This document shows positions 38,420-48,797 of a DNA stretch of 50,417 nucleotides, one piece after another. Within the stretch, counting starts at the first letter, position 1. Every line of letters starts with the position of its first letter. The translations under genes were made by a program, and so were the position numbers. Source of the DNA: Bacilli bacterium (GTDB taxonomy: Bacteria > Bacillota_I > Bacilli_A > RFN20 > CAG-826); assembly GCA_017447725.1 (NCBI GenBank), contig JAFSMX010000007.1, positions 1-50,417 on the forward strand. The letters are read 5' to 3'. The notes under the pieces were generated by a model, which saw only the letters and a list, made by a program, of their open reading frames with translations, did not search any database and was not told where the DNA came from.

Positions 38420-41400
38420 TTAACCGAGTAATTCCGCAATCTTTTCACTTAAGTCTTCACTACGACCATCGTCGGAGAGAATCTCTTGTTCGTGATTTGT
38501 TTCACCAACTAAGTGACGAATATTGGAATTAATTTTACGTTCTTCTTTGTGTGCTTCACGAGCTAAGGCATCGGTATCGATGACTTTGCCGTCTTTGTCG
38601 ATGAGTTTAACATCCATGCAAAGAGCACTGAGTTCTTTGACCAAGACATTGAAGGCTTCTGGTAAGCCTGGTTTTGGAATGTCATAGTCTTTGATGATCG
38701 CTTCGTAGGTTTTGCGTCGACCAACGCGGTCATCAGACTTGATGGTGAGAATTTCTTCAAGTGTATGGGCAGCACCATAGGCTTCAAGAGCCCAGACTTC
38801 CATTTCACCGAATCTCTGACCACCGTTTTGGGCTTTACCACCAAGTGGCTGTTGAGTCACTAAGGAGTAAGGTCCTGTTGCACGGGCGTGTAACTTATCA
38901 TCAACCATGTGAACAAGTTTAATCATGTACATCACGCCAACGCTAATTCTTTCGTCAAAGCGTTCGCCAGTACGTCCATCGTAGAGGATGGTTTTACCAT
39001 CTTCAGCGATTCCAGCTTGCTTCATCAGGTCGAAGATTTCTTCGTTTGTAATACCATCGAAGACAGGGGTGGCAATCTTTAATCCAAGTTTCTTACAAGC
39101 AAGACCTAAGTGGATTTCTAAGATCTGACCGATGTTCATACGAGATGGAACGCCGAGTGGGTTAAGCATAATGTCCACTGGAGTACCATCAGCAAGGAAT
39201 GGCATATCTTCTTCTGGAAGAATACGGGAAATAACACCTTTGTTACCGTGACGTCCAGACATCTTATCACCAGCGCTGATCTTACGTTTTTGAACGATGA
39301 AGACGCGGATGGATTTCTTGACGCCTGGTGGAAGTTCATCACCGTTTTCTCTAGAGAAGATCTTCACATCAAGGACGGTACCTGCACCACCGTGAGGAAC
39401 ACGGAGGGAGCTATCTTTGACGTCTTTGGTCTTTTCAGAGAAGATGGCCATGAGGAGTTTTTCTTCTGGAGTTGGTTCACTAAGTCCTTTTGGAGTAGTT
39501 TTACCGACAAGGATATCTCCTTCACGAACTTCCGCACCTGGAATGATGATTCCGTTTTCATCGAGGAATGCTTTAGCATCTTCACCGACGTTTGGAATAT
39601 CACGGGTGATTTCTTCTGGTCCAAGCTTGGTTTCACGACAATCTAATTGATATTCTTCAATGTGGATTGAGGTGTATGTATCGTCTTTAACAAGACGTTC
39701 AGACATAATGACCGCGTCTTCGTAGTTATAACCTTCCCAGGTCATAAAGGCGATGGTCACGTTTTGTCCAAGCGCTAAATCACCGTTTTCCATGGCTGGG
39801 CCATCAGCGATGATTTGTCCTTGTTTGACTTTGTCACCAATCTTGACGATTGATTTTTGGTTAATGCATGTGCCTTGGTTGGAACGTTCGAATTTTTGAA
39901 GTTGATAGACACGTTCACCATTCTTTTCTTTAATCACGATTTGTTGGGAGTCAACGTATTTAACTACGCCATCTCCAGCAGCAATCACGGCTAAACCAGC
40001 ATCTTTAGCAACCTTCCATTCCATACCAGTTCCAACAAATGGAGCGTGTGGTTTAAGAAGTGGAAGAGCTTGACGCTGCATGTTCGCACCCATAAGAGCA
40101 CGGGTGGAGTCGTCGTTTTCTAAGAATGGAATACAGGCGGAAGCAATGGAAACGATTTGCTTTGGACTAACATCGATATAATCGATGAGGGAAGAGTCGA
40201 CTAAGACATTTTCACCGTTGTGACGGGCGATGACTTCCTTATCGGTAATAAAGCCGTTCTCATCGAGGTGGACGTTAGCTTGAGCGATGTAATGGTCTTT
40301 TTCGTCTTCGGCGGAAAGATATTCTGTTTCGTCGGTGACTTGACCACCTTTTTTAACAATACGATATGGAGTTTCAATAAATCCATAGCGGTTGATTTTA
40401 GCGTATGTAGCTAAGTTATTGATCAAACCGATGTTTTGACCTTCTGGAGTTTCAATTGGACAAATACGTCCGTAGTGGGTTGGGTGAACGTCACGAACGG
40501 CCATTGAGGCACGGTCACGAGTAATACCACCTGGACCAAGAGCGGAAATACGTCTCTTATTGGTTAGTTCAGAAAGTGGGTTAGTTTGATCCATGAATTG
40601 GGAGAGTTGGGAGCTCGCAAAGAATTCACGAATGCTACTTGTGAGAGGTTTAATATTAATTAAGCTCTTAATTGAAGCATTACTCATATCGGAAATAGAC
40701 ATCTTTTGTTGGACTGTCTTCACCATTTTGGTTAAACCGATACGGAATTGACTTTGAATTAATTCACCAACAGAACGAATACGACGGTTGGAGAGGTTAT
40801 CGATGTCATCGACATCGCCAAATCCAGCCATAATGTTCATTAAGTAGGAGAAAATCGCGATAATATCAGAGAATGTGACACATTGGACAGTAAGGTTAAG
40901 GTCAGTACCGATGATGTTTTGAGTTTCTTTCATCTTGTCATCAACGTAAACCTTAATCATGTTGACCTTGCCACGGAATTCTTGGTTAATCTCATCAAGA
41001 GTTTCTTTATCTGATTTACCACGTGGGGCAGCCCGATCCATCGCTTCGACTAAGCTCTTTTCAGCCTTAATCTTGATTTCGTGAGCGCCTTTTTCAAAGA
41101 CTTCGAGATCCATTAATTTTTGGACGTCTTCTTTGGAGAGGTAATCTCCCTTTTTATATAAGATTTCTCCGTCAGCGGAAACTAAATTCTCTGCGAGAAT
41201 ACGTCCGGCTAAACGGTTATAGATTCCAAGTTTAGTACGATATTTGAATCGACCAGCGCGACCTAAGTCATAACGCTTGTGGTCAAAGAACTTTTGAATA
41301 AGGAAATTCGCCACACCTTCTTGGGTGATTGGTTCACCTGGTTTAAGTTTACGGAAGATCGTGACTAACGCATCAAAAGCTGAAGTATGTTCTTCTTTAT

Positions 41401-42073
41401 CCTTTTCAATGGTCGCTTCAAGCATTTCGTTATCTCCGAAGAGTTTACGATATTGGCTTGGTTCAACAATGCCTAACGCCTTTAATAAAATGGTGGCTGG
41501 CATTTTCTTTTGACGGTCGATACGAACATTAATTAAACCCTTTTGGTCTGTTTCGAATTCTAACCATGTTCCACGAGTTGGGATTAAGTCGGCTTCATAG
41601 AAATATTTACCGTTTTTATCCATTTCCTTACTTAAGTAAGCACCTGGGGAACGAACGATTTGGGAAACAATGACACGTTCCGCACCATTAATAATGAATG
41701 TTCCTGAATCAGTGATGAGAGGAATATCACCCATAAACACTTCTTCTTCTTTTTGTTCACCACTATCTTGGTAACGAAGACGAAGTTTGGCACGAAGTTG
41801 GGCTTGGTAGTTGTAATCGTGTTCTTTACATTGTAAATAAGTGTGTTTTGGATCTTTTAGTTCACTTGAAACATAATCAATGAAGATGTCTTCAGAGAAG
41901 TTTGCGATTGGGAAAACTTCTTTTAAGACTTCATCAATTCCCTTTTCAAGGAACCACTTGTAAGAATCAGTTTGGATTTCTACAAGATTTGGGAGTTCAA
42001 GACTACCGGAAATTTTCGAAAAGTTAATTCGATTATTTGGTAGTAATGGGTAATCTTTATAGGTTTTGCTCAT
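38420..42073 (-). CDS. rpoB: RNA polymerase beta subunit
   Basis: [22 protein letters not shown] and GGQRFGEME motifs. Start set to the ATG at 42073 (SD AAGGAG). Confidence 0.99.
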   Translation of the reverse strand: MSKTYKDYPLLPNNRINFSKISGSLELPNLVEIQTDSYKWFLEKGIDEVLKEVFPIANFSEDIFIDYVSSELKDPKHTYLQCKEHDYNYQAQLRAKLRLRYQDSGEQKEEEVFMGDIPLITDSGTFIINGAERVIVSQIVRSPGAYLSKEMDKNGKYFYEADLIPTRGTWLEFETDQKGLINVRIDRQKKMPATILLKALGIVEPSQYRKLFGDNEMLEATIEKDKEEHTSAFDALVTIFRKLKPGEPITQEGVANFLIQKFFDHKRYDLGRAGRFKYRTKLGIYNRLAGRILAENLVSADGEILYKKGDYLSKEDVQKLMDLEVFEKGAHEIKIKAEKSLVEAMDRAAPRGKSDKETLDEINQEFRGKVNMIKVYVDDKMKETQNIIGTDLNLTVQCVTFSDIIAIFSYLMNIMAGFGDVDDIDNLSNRRIRSVGELIQSQFRIGLTKMVKTVQQKMSISDMSNASIKSLINIKPLTSSIREFFASSQLSQFMDQTNPLSELTNKRRISALGPGGITRDRASMAVRDVHPTHYGRICPIETPEGQNIGLINNLATYAKINRYGFIETPYRIVKKGGQVTDETEYLSAEDEKDHYIAQANVHLDENGFITDKEVIARHNGENVLVDSSLIDYIDVSPKQIVSIASACIPFLENDDSTRALMGANMQRQALPLLKPHAPFVGTGMEWKVAKDAGLAVIAAGDGVVKYVDSQQIVIKEKNGERVYQLQKFERSNQGTCINQKSIVKIGDKVKQGQIIADGPAMENGDLALGQNVTIAFMTWEGYNYEDAVIMSERLVKDDTYTSIHIEEYQLDCRETKLGPEEITRDIPNVGEDAKAFLDENGIIIPGAEVREGDILVGKTTPKGLSEPTPEEKLLMAIFSEKTKDVKDSSLRVPHGGAGTVLDVKIFSRENGDELPPGVKKSIRVFIVQKRKISAGDKMSGRHGNKGVISRILPEEDMPFLADGTPVDIMLNPLGVPSRMNIGQILEIHLGLACKKLGLKIATPVFDGITNEEIFDLMKQAGIAEDGKTILYDGRTGERFDERISVGVMYMIKLVHMVDDKLHARATGPYSLVTQQPLGGKAQNGGQRFGEMEVWALEAYGAAHTLEEILTIKSDDRVGRRKTYEAIIKDYDIPKPGLPEAFNVLVKELSALCMDVKLIDKDGKVIDTDALAREAHKEERKINSNIRHLVGETNHEQEILSDDGRSEDLSEKIAELLG

Positions 42074-42090
42074 ATGTGGCTCCTTTTTCA

Positions 42091-42693
42091 TTAATTCATT
42101 TTCGTCGCCATCAGGACGAAGTATCCTTTACTTTTCTTTAGAATGGTCACGTTTCCAAAGACCTCTTCTAAATGTTTTTTCACGGATTCTGCGCCTTGTG
42201 CCTTTCGCACGACGACGTATAATGAACCTCCATCTTCGAGGTGCTCCTTCGCTTCATCATAGATCCGGTAAGTAACTTTTTTTCCAGCTCTAATTGGCGG
42301 ATTTGACACAATCGAATGGAATTTTCCTTCAATCTCTATATAGATGTCACTTTGAAGGCAGGTGACTCGGTGGCTTAACGCGAGCGTTTGCGCGTTTTTT
42401 TCACATAATACCAGTGCGCGCGTGTTAACGTCTGAGCAAGTCACATTCAGACGGGGGTGGAAATAGGCTAGAGTTAAGCCGATCGGGCCAATTCCACACC
42501 CAAGGTCAAGAAGACTTTCTCCAAGTGAGAGGGGAAGAAGTGTTTCTATAAGGACACGACTCCCCCAGTCTAACTCACTTTTAGAAAAGACTCCTATATC
42601 AGACGATAATGAGAACGCTACGTCATTAATGACGTACCGTACTTGTCTTGGAGATGATCCAAGACTTTCATCATTGATAAAATAATGACTCAT
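42091..42693 (-). CDS. Class I SAM-dependent methyltransferase (RsmC/YbxB-like)
   Basis: [22 protein letters not shown] and SNPPIRAGK motifs. Conserved position between rplL and rpoB. Confidence 0.92.
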   Translation of the reverse strand: MSHYFINDESLGSSPRQVRYVINDVAFSLSSDIGVFSKSELDWGSRVLIETLLPLSLGESLLDLGCGIGPIGLTLAYFHPRLNVTCSDVNTRALVLCEKNAQTLALSHRVTCLQSDIYIEIEGKFHSIVSNPPIRAGKKVTYRIYDEAKEHLEDGGSLYVVVRKAQGAESVKKHLEEVFGNVTILKKSKGYFVLMATKMN

Positions 42694-42722
42694 TATCGCT
42701 AATTAGGGTTGTTGTTAAATAA

Positions 42723-43100
42723 TTATTTAACTTCGCATTCTGCGCCAGCAGCTTCAAGAGCTTTCTTGTGTTCTTCAGCTTCAACTGGTGAGATGTGTTC
42801 TTTAACGGCACATGGTGCACCGTCAACAAGTTTCTTGGCATCCATTAAGCCGAGACCAGTGATGGCTTGGACAGCTTTAATGACAGCGACTTTGCTAGCG
42901 CCAACAGCTTTGAGGAATAAAGAGACATCGGCAGCAGCCTTTGGTCCTTCTTCTTCAGCTGGAGCAGCGGCAGCGGCTGCAACTGGAGCAGCGGCTGTAA
43001 CGCCAAATTCTTCTTCAACTGCTTTGACGAGATCATTGAGTTCAATGACGGTCATTTCCTTTAAGGAAGCAATGATTTCTTCTTTTGTTAACTTTGCCAT
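42723..43100 (-). CDS. rplL: 50S ribosomal protein L7/L12
   Basis: [15 protein letters not shown], an Ala-rich hinge and [14 protein letters not shown]. Start at ATG 43100 with SD AAGGAGG. Confidence 0.98.
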   Translation of the reverse strand: MAKLTKEEIIASLKEMTVIELNDLVKAVEEEFGVTAAAPVAAAAAAPAEEEGPKAAADVSLFLKAVGASKVAVIKAVQAITGLGLMDAKKLVDGAPCAVKEHISPVEAEEHKKALEAAGAECEVK

Positions 43101-43121
43101 TTTAGTTTCCTCCTTAGGCAA

Positions 43122-43610
43122 TTAATTTTTGCTATCCGCAACAGCTTTGACAGTGCAAGCAAAACTGCGGATAGGTGCTTGCAAGCACGATAAGAACATG
43201 GAAATTAATCCTTCGCGGTTTGGCATTGTTGCGACGGCTTTAACACCGGCTGCATCAACGACCTTGCCTTCGACAAGACCGGCCTTAATCACTAAGTTTT
43301 CATTTTTCTTAGCGAATTTGGCGAGTACTTTTGGTCCTTCGACAACATCTTCAGAGAAGACATAGGCGTTAGAACCAGAGAGGTATTGGTCGAGTTCATT
43401 GTATCCAAGTTCATCACTAGCGCGTTGCACTAAGGTGTTCTTGTAAACATTGAATGAAGCTTTGACCGCTTTTAATGACTTTCGAAGTTCAGATAAATCA
43501 GCAACTGTTAATCCGCGGTATTCAACGATGACCATTGTTGATGCACCCTTGAATGATTCGCTAATCTTACTAACAACTTGCTTCTTGCTTTCGAGAGTTG
43601 ATGGATTCAT
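43122..43610 (-). CDS. rplJ: 50S ribosomal protein L10
   Basis: EYRGLTV and VYKNTL motifs, plus gene order. Confidence 0.97.
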   Translation of the reverse strand: MNPSTLESKKQVVSKISESFKGASTMVIVEYRGLTVADLSELRKSLKAVKASFNVYKNTLVQRASDELGYNELDQYLSGSNAYVFSEDVVEGPKVLAKFAKKNENLVIKAGLVEGKVVDAAGVKAVATMPNREGLISMFLSCLQAPIRSFACTVKAVADSKN

Positions 43611-43661
43611 TGTTCTACCTCCTTTTTCTTAATAGTCTTTGAGGCTCCAATATACTTGGTT

Positions 43662-43712
43662 AATACCTGGGCAACATGATTAAGCCCCGTGGCCGTTGCT
43701 GTCTTAGGTATA
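43662..43712 (-). promoter_or_regulatory. L10 leader (autogenous control element)
   Basis: The minus strand reads ACCTAAGACAGCAAC...TTAA...GTTGCCCAGGT upstream of rplJ, matching the Bacillota L10 leader core. Confidence 0.8.
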
Positions 43713-43728
43713 TTGTGCTTCGTATAAA

Positions 43729-44412
43729 TTACATTCCTTCAAATGTGAAGTGAATGGCTGGTCCCATAGTGGTGTGAATGACAGCATTCTTAATGAATGT
43801 GCCTTTAACAGCGGCTGGACGAACTTTCACTAATGTGGAAGTAAGAGCTGCTAAGTTCTCACTAAGGGCTTTTTCTGTAAAGCTGACACGACCGATCGAG
43901 ACGTGCATATTGGCGTCTTTATCAAGACGGTATTCAACCTTACCAAGTTTGATTTCTTTAATAGCTTGTGCAACGTTTGGTGTAACGGTACCAGTTTTTG
44001 GGTTTGGCATTAAGCCTTTTGGACCAAGTATACGAGCTACTTTTCCAATTTCTCCCATCATGTCTGGTGTCGCGACGATAACGTCGAATTCAAACCAGTT
44101 TTCTTTTTGGATTTTTTCGATTAATTCTTTACCACCGACGAAATCCGCGCCGGCAGCTTTGGCTTCTTCTACTTTAGAAGTGATTGCACAGATCTTTTTG
44201 GTTTTGCCATTACCATTTGGAAGGATGAGAGTTCCTCTGACTTGCTGGTCGGCTTTGGTGGTGTCAACATTCAAATGAAGGCTGACATCGACTGTGGCAT
44301 CAAACTTAACAGTAGATGTTTTCTTGACGAGTTCGCATGCTTCTTCAATGCTATAGACTTTGTTAGAATCAACGAGTTCGGCAACTTTTTTATAATTCTT
44401 TGAGTATTTCAT
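43729..44412 (-). CDS. rplA: 50S ribosomal protein L1
   Basis: KFDATVD, DQQVRG and LGPKGLMPNPKTGTV motifs. Start set to the ATG at 44412. Confidence 0.98.
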   Translation of the reverse strand: MKYSKNYKKVAELVDSNKVYSIEEACELVKKTSTVKFDATVDVSLHLNVDTTKADQQVRGTLILPNGNGKTKKICAITSKVEEAKAAGADFVGGKELIEKIQKENWFEFDVIVATPDMMGEIGKVARILGPKGLMPNPKTGTVTPNVAQAIKEIKLGKVEYRLDKDANMHVSIGRVSFTEKALSENLAALTSTLVKVRPAAVKGTFIKNAVIHTTMGPAIHFTFEGM

Positions 44413-44417
44413 AGATA

Positions 44418-44828
44418 TTATTTGTCGACCGCGATTCCCATGTTGCGGCATGTACCTTCAATGATTTTCATCGCTGATTCGATATTGTCGCAGTTTAAGT
44501 CTGGTAACTTGTATTCAGCGATTTCTCTCACTTTGGCTTGGATAATGTGACCAACGATGGTCTTTGGATTAGCAGAACCTTTTTGAACGCCAGCGGCTTT
44601 AAGAATTAAGCCAGCGGCTGGAGAAGTCTTGATTACAAAGTCATGGGACTTGTCTTCATAAGCTGTAATGATAACTGGAACGATTTCGCCTTTACGGTCA
44701 GCGGTCTTAGCGTTGAAATCCGTACAGAACTTTGGCATGACCACGCCAGCACTAGCGAGCTTTGGACCTGGTTTGGCTTCGCCGCCAGGGAGTTCCATCT
44801 TCACAACTTTGACGATTCTTTTACTCAC
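44418..44828 (-). CDS. rplK: 50S ribosomal protein L11
   Basis: FCTDFNAKT, IVPVIITAYEDKS and IEGTCRNMGI motifs. GTG start at 44828 with SD AAGGAGG. Confidence 0.97.
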   Translation of the reverse strand: MSKRIVKVVKMELPGGEAKPGPKLASAGVVMPKFCTDFNAKTADRKGEIVPVIITAYEDKSHDFVIKTSPAAGLILKAAGVQKGSANPKTIVGHIIQAKVREIAEYKLPDLNCDNIESAMKIIEGTCRNMGIAVDK

Positions 44829-44865
44829 GTGACATTTCCTCCTTTTCTTTCTTAGGTTGTCCGTG

Positions 44866-44903
44866 TTGTGGTTTAATGGACTAAATCGTTTGTCCTTCCA
44901 CAA
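44866..44903 (-). promoter_or_regulatory. L1-binding leader upstream of rplK
   Basis: The minus strand reads TTGTGG-AA-GGAC...GTCC-ATTAAA-CCACAA, an asymmetric internal-loop hairpin typical of L1 operator sites. Confidence 0.7.
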
Positions 44904-44958
44904 TACGTATATGTGCTATTACCGCCCGCTCTCTCATAGCGAACGACATGCGAATGGG

Positions 44959-44987
44959 ATTATACCAGCATACATACACGTATGCAA
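44959..44987 (-). promoter_or_regulatory. rplK promoter
   Basis: TTGCAT-17 bp-TATAAT with a TG extension. Confidence 0.8.
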
Positions 44988-44988
44988 G

Positions 44989-45020
44989 AAAAAAATCAGA
45001 ACCATTCGGTCCTGACTTTT
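44989..45020 (-). terminator. Terminator of the metal ATPase operon
   Basis: The minus strand reads GTCAGGACC-GAAT-GGTTCTGAT-TTTTTT. Confidence 0.8.
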
Positions 45021-45038
45021 CTAAAACAAAGTTTTAAT

Positions 45039-47192
45039 CTATTTGATCTTTCGATAAATAATTAGTAATGAATTGAGCGTCATGAGCACGGTTAGGCCCG
45101 TGTCTGCGAGGACAGCAATCTCCATATTAGAGACAACCTTGGTCATTAATAAGACGATGACAGCAACCTTCACCAAGAGGGAGAAAACAATGTTGAATAT
45201 TGCTACTCGACGGACCTTTTTGGCGATAACAATTGAGTCATAAATCTTTAGTGGATGGTCTTGCATAATGACAACATCAGAGTTTTCGACGGCCATATCA
45301 GATCCAATGCCTCCCATCGCATAGCCAACATCAGCACGGATGATTGACGGAGTATCGTTAATTCCATCACCAGCAAATGCGACTAATTTTTTATTTTCTC
45401 GATGTTCGATTGCGTCTTCAACAAACTTGGTTTTATCGCCTGGTAAAAGTTTGGCGTAATAGCTATCAACTCCAACCTCATTTGCGACCTCTCTAACAGT
45501 GGCTTCTTTATCTCCAGAAAGGAGGACAACTTTGACACCAAGTTCGTGCATTTTCTTGACCATTAATTTAGCTTTATCACGAACGATGTCTTGTAGTAAA
45601 ACATAGCCAATATATTTGCCATTTTTTGCGACATACACCGCAGTTCCTGGTAAATCGATTTCCTCGGCAAAAACCCCATATTTTTTAAGTAGGTCAACAT
45701 TTCCAGCCAGGATTTGCTGGTTTTTATACTTTGTTGATATTCCTAAACCCGGGACCTCTTCATAGTCTTCCTGATTGAGTGCTAATTCAGAGATATTTTG
45801 GTGTAAAACAATGGCTTTTGCAATTGGGTGATTTGAACGTGATTCAGCCGAGTATAAGGCTTCTAAAAATTCTTCTTTTGAAACACCTTCGTTATGGATT
45901 TCAGTAACCTCAAAATTACCATAAGTTAGAGTACCTGTTTTATCAACGAAAAGCACTCCAATGTTACATAGTGAATCAAGGTAATTTGCACCCTTAATAA
46001 CAATGCCTCGTTTGGATGCTAATCCGATGCCAGCAAAGTAGGCTAAAGGCACCGAAATAACGATGGCACAAGGACATGCAACAACAAGGATTGCTAAACC
46101 ACGATAAATGCCCTCAGACCATTGTCCTGTAATAATACCTGTAAGTAGTGCAAACAAGATTCCTATGACAAAGACCGTTGGTGTATAAATACGTGCAAAT
46201 CTTGTAATGAATTTCTCGGCTTTAGCTTTGTGTTCTCCAGAGGATTGAACAAGTTCAATAATCTTGGAAATTGTTGAATCAGCGAACACTTTATTAACAC
46301 AAACCGTAATTGATCCACTTCTTAGAATAGAACCACTCAAAACGTTGGCTCCTTTCACAACATCAACCGGCATTGGTTCACCTGTTAACGAGGACATATC
46401 TAATGTTCCTTGACCATCAATGATTACACCATCTGCTGGAACGATTTCACCAACGTGAACGATGATTTGATCATCGACTTTCAAAGTTTCTGGTTTAACT
46501 TGGCTAACTTTACCATTCACGATTAGGTTCGCAGTATCTGCACGTAAATCAATCGCGTTTGAAATAGCATTCTTAGATTTACCAGTTGCAATGTGTTCAA
46601 ATAGTTCACCAACTTGATAGAGGGCAACAACCATCACGCCATCCATCATATCAATTGGGAATCCAGCGCCTTGTAAAACACCTAAATTAATTAAAACAGA
46701 AAGAGCGAAAACACCTAAACACGAAATCGTTAACAAAAGATTCATGTCAATCGGATTTCGTAAGTGAATAATGTTTTGAATAACCTTCCAAACAATATCA
46801 TAAACAACGATTCCAGCCGCAACTGCATGAAGTGCAAAGGACACCCATGAAAATTCTTCTCCATAGACAATCATCGCGACGGCAACAAGCACCGCTGCAG
46901 CAACGATTCTACCTAAAGTTATCCAGAATTTGCGGTTAAAAATGGAATATTTTTGTTTTGAACCTTTATTAATTCTTTCAATTCTTAAAGGATCATCTTC
47001 AATCTTTTTGATCTCCTCTTTTAGGTTCTCAACAGGCATCTCATCTTCGCGATAAACGATGTACATACGTTCATTTGCAAAGTCGATTGTTGCTTGTTGA
47101 ACAAACTCTTGTTTATTTAAGTATCTTTCTACTTTAGAGGCGCAGTTCGGACAATCAAATCCCGAACAATGATAAACTACTTTTTTACTCAT
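45039..47192 (-). CDS. cadA: Heavy-metal P1B-type ATPase (Zn/Cd/Pb exporter, CadA/ZntA-like)
   Basis: GFDCPNC HMA domain, CPC in the membrane, DKTGT, HP and GDGIND, with the membrane Lys and ADTG of subgroup P1B-2. Start at ATG 47192. Confidence 0.92.
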   Translation of the reverse strand: MSKKVVYHCSGFDCPNCASKVERYLNKQEFVQQATIDFANERMYIVYREDEMPVENLKEEIKKIEDDPLRIERINKGSKQKYSIFNRKFWITLGRIVAAAVLVAVAMIVYGEEFSWVSFALHAVAAGIVVYDIVWKVIQNIIHLRNPIDMNLLLTISCLGVFALSVLINLGVLQGAGFPIDMMDGVMVVALYQVGELFEHIATGKSKNAISNAIDLRADTANLIVNGKVSQVKPETLKVDDQIIVHVGEIVPADGVIIDGQGTLDMSSLTGEPMPVDVVKGANVLSGSILRSGSITVCVNKVFADSTISKIIELVQSSGEHKAKAEKFITRFARIYTPTVFVIGILFALLTGIITGQWSEGIYRGLAILVVACPCAIVISVPLAYFAGIGLASKRGIVIKGANYLDSLCNIGVLFVDKTGTLTYGNFEVTEIHNEGVSKEEFLEALYSAESRSNHPIAKAIVLHQNISELALNQEDYEEVPGLGISTKYKNQQILAGNVDLLKKYGVFAEEIDLPGTAVYVAKNGKYIGYVLLQDIVRDKAKLMVKKMHELGVKVVLLSGDKEATVREVANEVGVDSYYAKLLPGDKTKFVEDAIEHRENKKLVAFAGDGINDTPSIIRADVGYAMGGIGSDMAVENSDVVIMQDHPLKIYDSIVIAKKVRRVAIFNIVFSLLVKVAVIVLLMTKVVSNMEIAVLADTGLTVLMTLNSLLIIYRKIK

Positions 47193-47193
47193 T

Positions 47194-47541
47194 TTATAAT
47201 TCCTCCACATGTTCCACTGCCACATTTAAAAGTTGTTTAACGTGGCAATCTGACAAGGAATAGTAAACCTTTTGTCCTTCTTTACGAGTACGAACAAGAT
47301 TGGCTTTTCGTAAAACAATTAATTGATGTGAGACTAGTGATTGAGATTCACTAACTTCACTCACAATGTCACCAACACATTTCTCAATCATGCATGAATG
47401 ACAAGTACATTCAGAACAATTCTGCTTTCCGCACTCGCACATGCATTTTTCATCATTAAGTAAAGATAAAAGAATTTTTAACCGAGTTGGATCAGACATA
47501 ATCTTGAAGATTTTTGACACTTCATTAACTTTGTTAGACAT
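47194..47541 (-). CDS. ArsR/SmtB metalloregulator with a Cys-rich insertion
   Basis: FKIMSDPTRLKIL, SQSLVSHQL..LR, VYYSL and an alpha5-type DxH...HVEE site. Start at ATG 47541 with SD GGAGG. Confidence 0.93.
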   Translation of the reverse strand: MSNKVNEVSKIFKIMSDPTRLKILLSLLNDEKCMCECGKQNCSECTCHSCMIEKCVGDIVSEVSESQSLVSHQLIVLRKANLVRTRKEGQKVYYSLSDCHVKQLLNVAVEHVEEL

Positions 47542-47565
47542 AATCGGATTACTTCCTCCGCGTAT

Positions 47566-47594
47566 ATTATATGAATGTGCGTTCATATATTCAA
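47566..47594 (-). promoter_or_regulatory. Promoter with overlapping ArsR/SmtB-type operator
   Basis: TTGAAT-17 bp-TATAAT. The perfect dyad TATATGAA-N6-TTCATATA (47568-47589) fills the spacer. Confidence 0.88.
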
Positions 47595-47596
47595 GT

Positions 47597-47623
47597 AAAA
47601 TAAAAGGATTCCCTTAAGAATCC
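47597..47623 (-). terminator. Terminator after nusG
   Basis: The minus strand reads GGATTC-TTAAGG-GAATCC-TTTTATTTT. Confidence 0.75.
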
Positions 47624-47640
47624 AATTATTTAAGATTTTC

Positions 47641-48192
47641 TTAGATCTTATCGATTTCAGAGAAATCGACATCAACTGGAGTAGCACGTCCAAAGAAGAT
47701 TGTTTCGATACGGCAAGCACCTGTTGTTTTATCAATGGAGAGAATCTTACCTTCGGTACCTTCAAGTGGTCCACGAATGACTTTAACATTGTCACCAACG
47801 TTATAACGATCATACATGGAGCTATCGACCATACCCATTCTTTTAAGAACCGGTTCGATTTCTTCACGTGAGACTGGGGTTGGTTTTTGACCACCACCAG
47901 CAGATCCGGCAATACCAGTAACACCCGGTGTGTTACGAACAACATACCAAGAGTTGTCGGTCATAATCATTTCCACAAAGATGTTTCCTGGGAAAAGATT
48001 TTTCATTTTTGTCTTGCCAGTTGGCATTCCGTCCTTAAGGACAGGAACTTCTTGTTCAGCAACCAAGACATTAAAAATGTAGTCTTGGAGATTCATTGTT
48101 TGAATACGTTTTCTTAAGTTATCAGCAACTTTATTTTCGTGTTGAGAATAAGTTGTCACGATATACCAACGCTTTTCACCTAATTGAGCCAT
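47641..48192 (-). CDS. nusG: Transcription factor NusG
   Basis: WYIVTTYSQHENKV, VRNTPGVTG, KOW motif GDNVKVIRGP and FGRATPV. Confidence 0.97.
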   Translation of the reverse strand: MAQLGEKRWYIVTTYSQHENKVADNLRKRIQTMNLQDYIFNVLVAEQEVPVLKDGMPTGKTKMKNLFPGNIFVEMIMTDNSWYVVRNTPGVTGIAGSAGGGQKPTPVSREEIEPVLKRMGMVDSSMYDRYNVGDNVKVIRGPLEGTEGKILSIDKTTGACRIETIFFGRATPVDVDFSEIDKI

Positions 48193-48204
48193 CCTAACGT
48201 CTCC

Positions 48205-48438
48205 TTATCTAATTAAGCGGATTGCGCCATCAGCTGCTTGCTTAGCACCACCGCCAAAAATTTCTTTCAGTTGACCAATTAATGATCCTGAGGCTAAGTC
48301 TTCAATTGATAAAATCAATGCACAGAAAACACAAATCACAATTGTTGTGATAAGTGCTGGCACGAAGACATCTTTCTTTGGCCAACGAACACGTTTGCCT
48401 TCTTTAATGACTTCTTGAGTATACTTTTTAACACCCAT
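48205..48438 (-). CDS. secE: Preprotein translocase subunit SecE
   Basis: EGKRVRWP motif plus a single TM helix, between rpmG and nusG. Confidence 0.92.
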   Translation of the reverse strand: MGVKKYTQEVIKEGKRVRWPKKDVFVPALITTIVICVFCALILSIEDLASGSLIGQLKEIFGGGAKQAADGAIRLIR

Positions 48439-48449
48439 ACAAAGCCTCC

Positions 48450-48596
48450 TTACTTACTTTCCTTATGTAACGTCATCTTGTTACAGGTTGGACAGTACTT
48501 CTTAATTTCAAGACGTTTGGTTTCCCCCTCTTTCTTTGTTGTCGTGTAATTTCTCGACAGACATTCAGGGCAAATTAAAATAACTTTCTTTCTCAT
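48450..48596 (-). CDS. rpmG: 50S ribosomal protein L33, zinc-ribbon form (missed by the ORF track)
   Basis: 48 aa [48 protein letters not shown], upstream of secE. Confidence 0.97.
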   Translation of the reverse strand: MRKKVILICPECLSRNYTTTKKEGETKRLEIKKYCPTCNKMTLHKESK

Positions 48597-48628
48597 AAAA
48601 CGTTATCCTATTAACATCTTGCTGGACT

Positions 48629-48658
48629 ATTTTACTCTTTTACGAATTAAAAAGTCAA
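48629..48658 (-). promoter_or_regulatory. rpmG-secE-nusG promoter
   Basis: TTGACT-18 bp-TAAAAT. Confidence 0.65.
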
Positions 48659-48668
48659 TAATGACTTA

Positions 48669-48785
48669 TTATTCGTCTTCTTCGACTGGTTTGAGCATTT
48701 CGAATGGAGCGCCACAAATTGGGCAAACCTCTCCTTCTTCGACCTCAACCTCTTGACCGCAGATTTGACAAACGTACTTTTTCAT
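48669..48785 (-). CDS. 38-aa rubredoxin-like protein (missed by the ORF track)
   Basis: MKKYVCQICGQEVEVEEGEVCPICGAPFEMLKPVEEDE*. Two CxxCG knuckles and SD AAGGAG. Confidence 0.88.
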   Translation of the reverse strand: MKKYVCQICGQEVEVEEGEVCPICGAPFEMLKPVEEDE

Positions 48786-48797
48786 AACTGATCTCCT

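Noticed and set aside
14685-47586. Longer upstream starts given in the ORF track for the flippase, nifJ, the Rex-like gene, rpsL, rpoB, rplL, rplA, rplK, cadA and ArsR
   Set aside because: The extensions run through promoters, SD sites or upstream genes. Downstream starts match known N-termini or have proper SD or leaderless signals.
297-48117. Numerous plus-strand and off-frame ORFs in the six-frame track (e.g. 297-731, 16267-16767, 24104-24643, 43778-44278)
   Set aside because: They lie antisense to or within well-identified genes, lack SD sites and recognisable motifs, and are explained by the codon bias of the real genes.
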